This document shows, piece by piece, positions 37,730-48,362 of a stretch of 64,000 nucleotides of DNA (position 1 is its first letter; each line of letters starts with the position of its first letter). The notes beneath the pieces were generated by a model. The model did no database searches. It was not told the DNA's origin and worked only from the letters and a program-made list of their open reading frames with translations. This stretch comes from Octopus sinensis (Eukaryota). Made by a program: the position numbers and the translations under genes. The stretch lies in NCBI RefSeq assembly GCF_006345805.1, contig NC_042997.1, forward strand, positions 205,840,001 through 205,904,000, given 5' to 3'.

Positions 37730-40560
37730 TGATTGATTGATTGATTGATTGATTCTAGTTTCAGCTTATGAGCTGTGGCCATGCTGGGGCACCGCCATTT
37801 GGTGTTGCTACTTGGTTTCACTTCATGGAGGCTTTCTAGCAACTGCTATTTGGTGCATGAGAGAGTTCGATGCAGCTGCCCTCATCTGCCCCTCCTGCCG
37901 TGAAGTTGGTTCATCTGGGACACCTGACAAGAAGAGATCCAGCTTCATTTTAAAGACATTTGTATCCACCCCATGCAGGTCTCTCAGGTTCTTCGGGAGG
38001 ATATTGAAGAGCTGTGGGCCTCGGAAGCCCAGGCTATCACAGAATCTTGTCCTACATCTTGATGGCAGGTTTGGAGTCCTAGGCACCACGCAGTGGCGCC
38101 CAGTTCTGGCATTTGAATAACTCTCGATGCCAAAGTTCAGGACACTTCCCTCCAGGATATTCCATATGTATATTATGGCATATCTTTCCCGCCTACACTC
38201 CAGGGAATATAATTTTAATCTCTTGAGTCTTTCTCAGTAGCTTACATTCTGCATAGAGGCTATCTTCTTTGTGTAGCTTCGTTGGATCGCCTCAAGTTCT
38301 GTGATCAACTTGACACTGGATGGTGACCATAGCTGAGAGCAATAGTCAAAGTGGCTTAGGACAAGTGTCTTCCAGAGGACCATCATGGTTTCTTGTTCTC
38401 TTGTTCTAAAGGTTCTAAGAATCCATCCAGCCAGCCGTCTACATTTCATTGTCAGTTTAGCAACATGTACATGAAAGGTCGCGTCATCACTCATGTGAAT
38501 ACCCAGGTCACGCACTGATTGTGCCTCTGGGATTGCAATCCCTCCGGGTCCAGTGTATTCATTGGGTATTGCATTCAGTTTTGCATGCTGATAGTATAAA
38601 GCTTGAAACTTTCCAGCATTGAACTGCATGCTATTCTTTTCAGCCCACTTGTATATTTCGTCCAGCTCACATTGCAGGTGTTTAGTGTCCTCAGGGTTCT
38701 GTATTGCCTGTGAAACTTTTGTATCATCTGCATAACTTGTGATCGTGGCTCTCTGCGTGCTGAGGGCATGTCTGAGAGGGCCATTATGAACAGTAGTGGT
38801 CCCAGAACAGTGCCCTGCGGAACACCGCTCACTATTTGTGTGTTAATGGAGGTGGCCCCATTGGCTACTACCACCTGACTTCTATCCTTCAGAAAGTCAT
38901 GAAGCCATTCTCCCAGTTTTCCAACTATGTTGAGATCACACAGTTTGTGACATATCATTCCATGATCGACTTTATCAAAGGCCTTTGCAAAGTCGAGATA
39001 TATCACTTCCACATTTGAGTGGTTGAGCAGCCGTTTCAGCACCCAGTCATAGTGTTGTAGGAGCTGAGTTAAATAGCTTCTCCCTGGTCGGAAACCATGT
39101 TGGGTGTCGGGCAGCAAGTCATTCTCTTCAAGGAAGGTGATCAGCTTCCTTCTGACTATTCGTTCCATGACCTTGCTGATGTGTGAGGTCAGAGAGATAG
39201 GTCTATAGTTCTTGGCTTCCGCTCTGCTACCTCCTTTATGAATGGGGCATATTTTACCTTCCTTCAGTTTTCCTGGAAGTTTGCCAGCTGCAAGGAAGCT
39301 CTGAAAGAGGAACTGCAGTGGTCTTGCTAGGACTCTCTTACATGCTTTTAGGAGGATTGCCGGGAATCCATCGGGGCCAGTAGCTGAGTCTGTTTTCATT
39401 TCATCTATAGCCTTGGTTACATCGTCTTCCTTTATATCGATGTAATCTATCGTCGCCGCCTCTGATTTTATATCTGCAGTGGTAAAAAAGTCTGTTGGAT
39501 TGGTGATTTGGAGATGCCCAAGGGGTGGAGTGAAAACACTCTTGAATTGCTCATTCAGTATTTCACTTACCCTCATTGGTTTTCCTGTAAGTGTGCCATC
39601 CTTTTCGAGGAGTGGCCCTATTCTACAGTGCACTGTAGCTGTTTCTTTGGCATACCTGTAGAAAGCTCTGGGGTTAGATTTTATGTTTTCTATAGCCCAG
39701 GCTTCTTTGTCTGCTCTTTCTTTTTCATGGGAGAGTTGCAGACATTTTTCGATTTCCAACAGTTTTATTTTTAGGCGGGACTTTTCACTGCTTTCAATCT
39801 GTTTGTTTAGGCGATTTGAAAATTTCGTACGCCGTCTCATTAAAATTTTCCTCTCTCTGGGGATTTTGTTCTTGTGTACAGTGGCCTTTCTCTCTGGGAC
39901 ACATTTGTAGCATATGGCTTGCATTACAGACATGAATTGTTGAAGTTTCACGTCGATGTCTGGCGAGGAGAGACATTTAGGCCAGTTTTGTTTGAGGATC
40001 TCTTTCTCAATTTGTTTCCAGTTTGCCTTATGGTAGTTCAAGCTGAAAGATTTTGAGGGTTTCTTGTAGGCTGCATGTCCGTGCTCTCTTTTGGCCCATA
40101 CATGGTCAGCTCTATCATGTTGTGATCCGAGAGTAGTGTCGGTGTCACTTTCACATTATGGATGAGATCCATGTCATTTGTGAAGCAGAGATCCAGTGTG
40201 TTACCTGCCCTGGTTGGTTGGAGTATTACCTGCTCCATGTACAGGGTGTTGATGAGGTTCAGGAGGGACCTTGCCTGTCCTCATTCACATCTTGTCATTC
40301 CTGGGAGAGAAAGGCCCTCGGGCCATCTGACATTGGGCAGATTGAAGTCTCCCATAAGAAGCACACCTATGTGTTGTTCTAATGTGGTTAGAATTTCTTC
40401 TATTTTTATAAGGCAGTCTTCAAACTTGCCCACATGGCTTGGGGCATCTGGAGGGCGATATGTAGCACACACAACTACATCAAGTTGCCTAATATGTACA
40501 ATTAGTGTGTCACACACCGAGTTTGAGTATGACAAGAGGACCTGGGGGATAAGAGGACAA
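37727..40560 (-). mobile_element. CR1/L2-like LINE, 5'-truncated ORF2
   Basis: 488-aa ORF with NYRPISLTS, QHGFRPGRS, YLDFAKAFDKVDHG and GVPQGTVLGPLLF. Downstream frames give QFNAGKF, VRDLGI and DYCSQLWSP. (AATC)n 3' tail at 37727-37752. Confidence 0.93.
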
Positions 40561-40812
40561 GGACCTGGGGGACAAGAGTATGACAAGAGGACCTGACAAG
40601 AGGACCTGACAAGAGGACCTATATATATATATATATATATATATACGGGCAACACACACACATTGCATACGTATGTTTTGTATGCATACATGCTCGTGTG
40701 TGTGTGACTGAAGCCATTCACACATACATACATACATACATAACAACAGCTGTCTGTTTTTGCCTGTCAATCACTCAGTAAAAAGGCGAAATTTTAAAAA
40801 TCTGTTATCTCC

Positions 40813-40848
<36 letters not shown>

Positions 40849-41399
40849 TTCTCCTACCCTCTCTTTACACCATCGCTAGAAGGGGACTTAACTCATGTTT
40901 GTAAACAATGGTGGATTTCTCCGCCGTGAAAATTGTTAAGTTATGGTCGAAAATTTATTTTTACCACTATTCACAAGTGCCTCGGAGGAAAATAATTTGA
41001 CGAAAATGCAGCTAGGATCATGACAAATGTTCTCCTAAAGTTGGAGCGACATGCGTGCTAATTTGTTGACATGCATAAATTACATTCGTGTACACACACA
41101 CACATATCCTGCCTTTTATATATATATATACAGATATGGATTCAACTATCCGGTTCCTGGTATATTTAGGATTAATCCACAATTCCTTAGAGTGCTATAA
41201 CCAAGCTATGGTCTTGGTAAAGCAGTGTCAAGTCTCTGAAGGGAAGATGTGAAAGTGTTCTGTATGCAAATGGTTTCGGTGTATTAGTCGGGAGTCCTTT
41301 TTCTCTGGTTCCCATCTATCACTAAATCGTCTTACAAAATTGATGTACAGGTGGGCTGAAATTGATTGCAAGCAGTGTACTGTTATGTGACAGGTTAAG

Positions 41400-42046
41400 A
41401 TGTCTAGTGAAGCCATAGTAAACTGGTACAATTACTTTCAAGATATCTGTGCCATGAGGTGCATTCAAAATCTCATGCATATTGGAGGGGTTGTGGTGGA
41501 GATTGATGAATCCAAATTTATGCACAGGAAGTACCACAATGGCCAATATTGGATTGGTCACTGGGTTGTAGGAATGGTTGAATACCACAGTCTGAGATGT
41601 ATTTTAGTTCCTGTACCAGACAGAAGTGCTGCCACATTGCTACCCATAATTGATAGCCATGTCCTTCCAGGAACTAGGTTGGCAAGCTTACAACCAGCTC
41701 CAAAACCATTCTACAGTCAATCACAGTTTCAATTTCGTAGACCCAAACGACGCTTCAGTTCATTTATCAAAAACAAATACTGCAACAGGCACGGAATTTC
41801 TGATGCTCTATTTTCAACATATCTTCAGGAGTTTTGTTGGCGACATTACCACAGCTCAAATACTGGCGATTCATTGGTTAAAATTCGAAGAATTAAACTA
41901 CGTTAAACTTACAAATTACAAATTTATCAAAAAACCCAAGTGAAAATAATGTTTTCTTTTGACACATTCTACCAGTATACGAAGTTTCAAATTGTTTAGT
42001 TAACTAGAAATTGTGTTGAAAACTGCCGTTCAAAAGGAAAAGATCC
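41400..42046 (+). mobile_element. Merlin/IS1595-like transposase pseudogene with right terminal repeat
   Basis: VVEIDESKFMHRKY..HWVVGMVE..VPDRSAATLLPII..VLPGT, then shifted WQAYNQL..VNHSFNFVDP. 41960-42046 matches the MITE TIR ending in agatcc. Confidence 0.88.
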
Positions 42047-42107
42047 CAACTAGGAAGCAATGACAGATAAAATATCCAAATCGAAAGAATGCCGAATGCC
42101 CATTTAA

Positions 42108-42144
<37 letters not shown>

Positions 42145-42719
42145 GGTGTGTGCGTGCGTGTGTGTGTGTACGCGCGCGTGTGTGTGTCTGTGTATGTGTG
42201 CGTGTGGGCGTACAGATATGCAAGTGTATGCATATAGTTCTGTGATGCAAATGATCTTATGATCTGTAATACTAACTTCAGGAAACCTCCAAGTCACCTG
42301 TCCACTTACTAATCTGGTGGTTACACTAGTCAGATTGACTACATTCTCACCAGGTAATGAGAAAGACGGTTACTTATAAATATGTGGAGGACATCTGAAG
42401 GTTCCTACATGACAACCTGTTGGGGGCTACCGTCCAGATCTGTGGCTGGTGCAAAGTCACCTTACGACCTAAGGTGACATGGTGGTGGAACAATGTAAGT
42501 TGACAGGGTCATTAAGGAAAGAAACAGGCATGGAAGGACTTAAATTTCGTTTTGAATCTCAGCCACGAAAATAAAATATATGTGTGGGTGCGTGTGTATG
42601 TTTATATTTATATATAATGTATGTTAGTGTGTATGTGTGCAGACACACAACCTTTTTATTACCCTAAATTCCGATACAGCCATAATCTACCCCATCGGAA
42701 AGGTATTTGTGGAAAATTT

Positions 42720-43712
42720 CACTTGGAAATACGTACGTACACACACACACACACATTCTGAAAACGGAGAAGAAACAACAAATCCACGTAGTAATAATGT
42801 AAAGGAAAAGCATTGAAAGCGATTTTGTGAAATATTTGTAAAGCAATGGAGAGATGTAAAACGAAAACTTACCTCGTAACAACTCTGAGTAAAACTGAAA
42901 CTTGAATAATCTTTATCTAATCGTTTTTAAGCTGTCGATTGGTTTAACAACAACTTTGTATGACATCAATGGTTTTCCCAGAAAATACACTTACCCTCTG
43001 CCCTCTTTTATACAATTTATTTTCCAAGAAAACTTTGTGAGAAGTTTATCATTATCTTCCGAGAAAAAACACTTACCCTCTGCCCTCTTTTATACAATTT
43101 ATTTTCCAAGAAAACTTTGTGAGAAGTTTATCATTATCTTCCGAGAAAAACCACTTCCCTCTGCCCTCTTTTACACAATTTATTTTCCAAGAAAACTTTG
43201 TGATAAAGTTTTATTATTATCTAAAACAGACGACATAAAAAAAAAACAACTTTTCAAAAGAAGAAAAACCGGAGATAGTTTTTTTTATAGGAAATGAAGT
43301 CGAATGTAGGTTAGAGAAGATTTCACTTTCATTTTTGACACTTCCCTCGCTATACTTGGTGTTCTCTAATGGTGGCCACTAGTTGACATGGTTTTTCTTC
43401 AGTTTGTGTACGCTCACACATTTGTTGGCGTGTTTTTTCCACAAAAATTCAGTATGTGTGTGTACACACACACACACACGCACACACACACACATAATAT
43501 ACTTATGTAGCAGATAGCTACCAACTTTGTAAGCTAGGATTTGAAACCGAATCCCCATTTCCCCACAAGCCCCCACCTGTTATTCTCTCCTGTTACACTA
43601 GGAAATTTATGAAAGTATAGTGACTTCTTAGATCTTTTCGAAGCATCCATAATTTTAAAAAAAACATGATACATTGGAAAAATCCTTCGTATAGTTTCCA
43701 TAATTTAGTTAG
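42720..43712 (-). promoter_or_regulatory. Promoter / first non-coding exon module, copy A (putative promoter of the PARP14-like gene)
   Basis: Donor GAG|gtaagt at 42873/42872; ISRE-like agtttcagtttt ~42891-42903; six TTCNNNGAA at 42975, 43022, 43057, 43104, 43139 and 43185; TATAAAAG in the units; IRF-type GAAAGTGAAA at 43321-43336. The link to the gene is inferred from strand and position. Confidence 0.62.
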
Positions 43713-43899
43713 AAATAATATAAAATTTAGTTAGGAATTTACTCAACCAAATCGGTTTTCCTCCTCTTTGGTCCGTGGGTACCTACTCAAAGGCCTATCT
43801 CTTATTTCAAGTATGGGGTATCAGACACAACACAAACCTTACTCTTCCTATCTATCTATATTCTGTTAACCTGTCTCTCTGCAGTACTTACATACAGAC

Positions 43900-44110
43900 T
43901 AAGGTATGTTTCTTTATTACCCACAAGGGGCTAAACATAGAGGGGACAAACAAGGACAGACAAACGAATTAAGTTGATTACATCGAGCCCAGTGCGTAAC
44001 TGGTACTTAATTTATCGACTCCGAAAGGATGAAAGGCAAAGTCGACCTCAGCGGAATTTGAACCCAGAACGTAACTGCAGACGAAATACGGCTACGCATT
44101 TCGTCCGGTG
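43900..44110 (-). mobile_element. tRNA-derived SINE
   Basis: Same family as 46130-46345 (reverse complement). Confidence 0.8.
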
Positions 44111-45022
44111 TAATCCTACATTGTAACAACCGTAATAATATTCTAGTACATATAAATCGCAGTACGTGTGTGTATAATGACTAACGCATTCATTAATACT
44201 TTTGTTTACCTACCAATGTGTAAGAATTAGCACTTCCTTCTCAAAGCTTGGATTCGAAATCAGATCCAAGAATCATTGGTCGTAAAATACCAATGCACAA
44301 AAAGGCGCGAAATCAGAATCTCTTTGTTCTGACAAAAAATGATGGATCGTCTCCCTTCGACCTCTGACCCGAGCAGGTCAGGCGAAGTTTAACAGGACGA
44401 CCAGCGACCTACTGTACGCAATAACACTCTTGCGGTATATCTATTTTTCTGGCTATTTGAGATGTTATAAATAGAACGGAGAAATAGGTATCTAGAGAGA
44501 ACCCGAACCAACGTTTAAGAGAACGTCACGCATTTATGAGGACGACGAAAGAATAATCAGAAAGGTGACTCTGTACTGCATGATTTACACACACGCACAC
44601 ACACACACCATCAAACATATTCTGCTTTAATGTGTATCCTGTATTATGCATTCCTTTAATATGTATTATTTGCAACCACTATTTAATATGCATTTTGTAC
44701 AAGCGATGTGTAACATTGCTTACAAATTGATGTAGTGATAATAAATCTTTAATTTATTACAAAGCACTTATGTATTTATTAATACATCCACGCATCCACT
44801 ACAGCATTGTTTCACTTGAGGGATGCTTATTTACCCCTCCATTATGATATTTCGACTATTGTCCATTGTTGCAAATACGTTTTAGCATTGAGGTTCTAGC
44901 CTTTTTTAAACAATCACATATGATTCGTCCCAAAGAATCAACCTTTAAATAAGACTTTTACTACCACTAGCGAAAGTTATACATAAATTTCAGAAAGCTC
45001 CATACCAATTTCCTGCACACTG

Positions 45023-45640
45023 TTGAAAAGAGGTGCCCCTGCTAGAGCTACAACTATTCCAGGGCAGCTTGAAACATATACAGTGTGTGCTGCTGAAGCA
45101 AGGGCCATAGAAGCCTCAGAAGAGAGTGCTATTTGTCAGGCACATAATGCTGCATCCACTTCTGCCGCAAGGTTAACAGATGACAGTAACCATTGGATGA
45201 TGAGACTTCATTCTAATATTCACCAAAAGGCTCTTGTCCATGGCCTTTGGAAGCCATCGAGGTATCGGTGGGCATAAAAGGCACTGAACTGTGATCCTGC
45301 TGCGGATTACACCATTCATTGAGGGACTGTTACAGGGAATATGTCTGTAATATGCTGCTCAAACGGAAAGGTTCGCCTGACCTGCAAAACACTACTCAGC
45401 CTTTCCTCTCCTTGGTCAAGACCCTGATTCACAGCAATTTCTATAGGAAATTCACGCTTATAACTCCAGATGACAAGTTTTGGTCCCAAATCAATTCATG
45501 AAGGCTCATATATGCCAACATTCAAAATTCAGGGCCAATCCTATCATCGGATAGGCTCTATTCCTCCTGCCAACAACACTGAACACCGATTCCTTCAAAT
45601 TTACTTCATGGGAGATATCACTGAGCAAATGGCTCGCTGA
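45023..45640 (+). mobile_element. Helitron RepHel N-terminal fragment
   Basis: ICCSNGKVRL and QMTSFGP..YMPTFKIQGQSYHRIGSI..FLQIYFMGD. A single STPR-like unit (RAIEASEESAIC) lies upstream. Confidence 0.82.
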
Positions 45641-45719
45641 GCTCAGGTGGAACCTGGGACAATGTGAAAACAGTACCACCAAAGCAACTTAAACCATCCA
45701 AAAGACGTGTGCATTTGCC

Positions 45720-46130
45720 AGTTGGATTATAAGACGATAGTCTGATATTAAGAGTGCAGTATAAGATGTTTGCTGTTATGTACATTTAAAAATATTTTGA
45801 CTTTTTGCAGATAAAAATGCTTTTCGTATTACATAGACAATATTTTACGTAGGGTATGGGCAGTATCTATGAACACTATTATTTGAATTTTTTCCATTTT
45901 TGGACTTCCTGGTATCTGAGCTAGGTAGCAATCAGCCCCTTTTGCTATCAATCCGAGGGAACCTGTGACAATACATATAGTTTTACTCTTGAGGTTCCAC
46001 ATTTTGCCAATTTCTATTTCAAGATCTTCATACTTGCTCAGTTTTTGGTAGGTCTTGTCAAACACATTTATGTCGAGTGGGACAGTCATATGGATGAGGA
46101 GGCAAGACTTTTGTCTGGAAACCTTCAATA
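45720..46130 (-). mobile_element. R4/Dong-like 3' end
   Basis: QKLSKYEDLEIEIGKMWNLKSKTICIVTGSLGLI; UTR shared with 20730. Confidence 0.75.
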
Positions 46131-46345
46131 TAATAGCTGGCAGAATCGTTAGCATGCCAGACAAAATGTTTTGCAGTATTTCGTCTGTCGCTACGTTCTG
46201 AGTTTAAATTCCACCGAGGTCGACTTTGCTTTTCATCCTTTCAGGGTCGATTAATTAAGTACCAGTTACGCACTGAGGTCGATGTAATCGACTTAATCCC
46301 TTCGTCTGTCCTTGTTTGAACCCCTCTATGTTTAGCCCCTTGTAG
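46130..46345 (+). mobile_element. tRNA-derived SINE
   Basis: agctggcagaatcgttagcatgcc..ttctgagtttaaattccaccgaggtcgac head. Confidence 0.8.
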
Positions 46346-46660
46346 GCAATAAATATAATGTCTGGCCTATTTGCATATCTTTCTGTCAGTATGTGTGTGT
46401 GTGTGTATGCTGTGGTTACCAAACTCATAATTTACAACAGCCAGGTTTTGCAATAATATGACTCAAATAAATACTATGTGCACAAAGGTAAGTCCGTGCA
46501 TGTGTGCATGTACACAGAAACTGAAGGTTTGTGGGAAAAACCACACCAACTAGTGGCCACCATTGGAGAAAACCAGATAAAGTATATTGAGGGGAGTGGT
46601 AAAAATGAAAGTGAAATCTTTTCTAACCTATATTCACCTTCATTTCCTATAAAAACTATT

Positions 46661-47700
46661 GGATCTTTACCTTTTGACCGACACATTTAAAAAATAATTG
46701 TTTGTAACTAAACACTTTCAAACTTCGGACACTGGTAGAATGTGTCATATAAAACATCTTTTACTCTTAGCATTTATAAGAAAGAATTATATTTCCGAAG
46801 ATATTTCACGTTAAAGTAGTCCTGTTTTGGTAATTTCAACCAATCAATGATGTGTATTCAGCTGAATAAAATTACTGCTGTTGTTTGTCAACAAGAACTT
46901 CCGGCGGTGTATATTTCGATTGTCACTGTTATTTATGACAACCCTAAAACCCTAACCCTAACACCCTAACCATTATCCTAAAACCCTGAAATCTTAACCC
47001 TAACCCTAAAACGCTAACCATAACCCTAAAACCATAAAGCTAAAACCAGTACAAATGCATGAACGATGTCATAAATAACAGTGACAAACAAAATATAAGC
47101 CGCCGATAGTTGTTGTTCACAAACAACAGCAGTAATTTTATTTAGCTGAATACACGTCATTGATTGGTTGAAATTACGAAATATGACAACTTTATCACGA
47201 ATATACTTCGTAAATATAATTTTTTCTCAAAAATGCTAAGAGTATGCTTGTTTACCAACCACATGGTTCCGGATTCAGTCCTTGAGCAAGTGTCTTCTAC
47301 TATAGCCTCGGGCCAACCAAAGCCTTGTGAATGGATTTGGTAGACGGAAACTGAAAGAAGCTCATCGTATATATGTATATATATATATATGCGTGTGTTT
47401 GTCCCCCTAGCATTGCTTGACAACCGATGCTGGTGTGTTTATGTCCCCGTCACTTAGCGGTTCAGCAAAAGAGACCGATAGAATAAGTACTGGGCTTACA
47501 AAAGAATAAGTCCCGGGGTCGAGTTGCTCAATTAAAGGTGGTGCTCCAGCATGGCCGCAGTCAAATGACTGAAACAACTAAAAGAGTAAGAAGAGAGTAA
47601 AAGATGTTTTATATGACACATTCTACCAGTGTCCGAAGTTTGAAAGTGTTTGATTACAAAAAATTATTTTTTAAATCTGTAGGTCAAAAGGTAAAGATCC
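46661..47700. mobile_element. Foldback MITE of the Merlin family with a telomere-like core
   Basis: TIR ggatctttaccttttgacc / ggtcaaaaggtaaagatcc; 8-bp TSD aaactatt (46653-46660, 47701-47708); arms inverted over ~280 bp; ccctaa-like core 46941-47048. Confidence 0.92.
47245..47599 (+). mobile_element. 5'-truncated SINE nested in the MITE right arm
   Basis: Interrupts the arm at agagta, which is duplicated on both sides. Confidence 0.85.
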
Positions 47701-47958
47701 AAACTATTTCATGTTTTTCTTCTTTTGAAAATTTTTCTTTATGTTGGCCATTGTAAATAATTATAAACTTTTATGGGAAAACTTTCGTAGATGTAAATTG
47801 TATAAAAGAGGGCAAGTGTTTTTCTCAGAAAAAACATTGATGTCATACAATGTTATTGTAAAACCAATGGACGGTTTTAAAACCATCAAATTAATATTCA
47901 ACTTTCAGTTTTGCTCAGAGTTGTTACGAGGTAAGTTTTTGCTTTCTATCTTCCCGTA

Positions 47959-48362
47959 GGCGCAGGAATGGCTGTGTGGTAATTAGCTTGTTTACCAACC
48001 ACATGGTTCCGGGTTCAGTCCTATTGCGTGGCACCTTGGGCAAGTGTCTTCTACTATAGCCACGGGCCGACCAAAGTCTTGTGAGTGGATTTGGTAGACG
48101 GAAACTGAAAGAAGCCTATCGTATATCTGTATATATATATATGCGTGTGTATGTTTGTGTCTGTCCCCCTAGCATTGCTTGACAACTGATGCTGGTGTGT
48201 TTATGTCCCTGTTACTTAGCGGTTCAGCAAAAGAGACTGATAGAATAAGTACTGGGCTTACAAAAGGATAAGTCCCGGGGTTGAGTTGCTCGATTAAAGG
48301 CGGTGCTCCAGCATGGCCGTAGTCAAATGACTGAAACAAGTAAAAGAGTAAAAGAGAGAGAG
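47959..48362 (+). mobile_element. Full-length tRNA-derived SINE
   Basis: A-box tggctgtgtgg, B-box ggttcagtcc, 3' ggcggtgctccagcatggcc..tgactgaaac and (aaaagag)n tail. Confidence 0.9.

Larger units (their letters stand above)
46500..47955 (+). promoter_or_regulatory. Promoter / first-exon module, copy B (diverged, split by a MITE)
   Basis: aaaaatgaaagtgaaatctt at 46601-46620; tataaaag 47801; one GAS ttctcagaa 47822; ISRE-like actttcagtttt ~47901; donor GAG|gtaagt at 47930/47931. Confidence 0.6.

Noticed and set aside
42902-43297. ORFs 42902-43297 (+) and 62917-63174 (-) as a duplicated small protein
   Set aside because: They are antisense readings of the promoter tandem unit with no protein-like features.
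46941-47048. True telomere or chromosome fusion site
   Set aside because: Short, degenerate and enclosed by MITE arms with a TSD.
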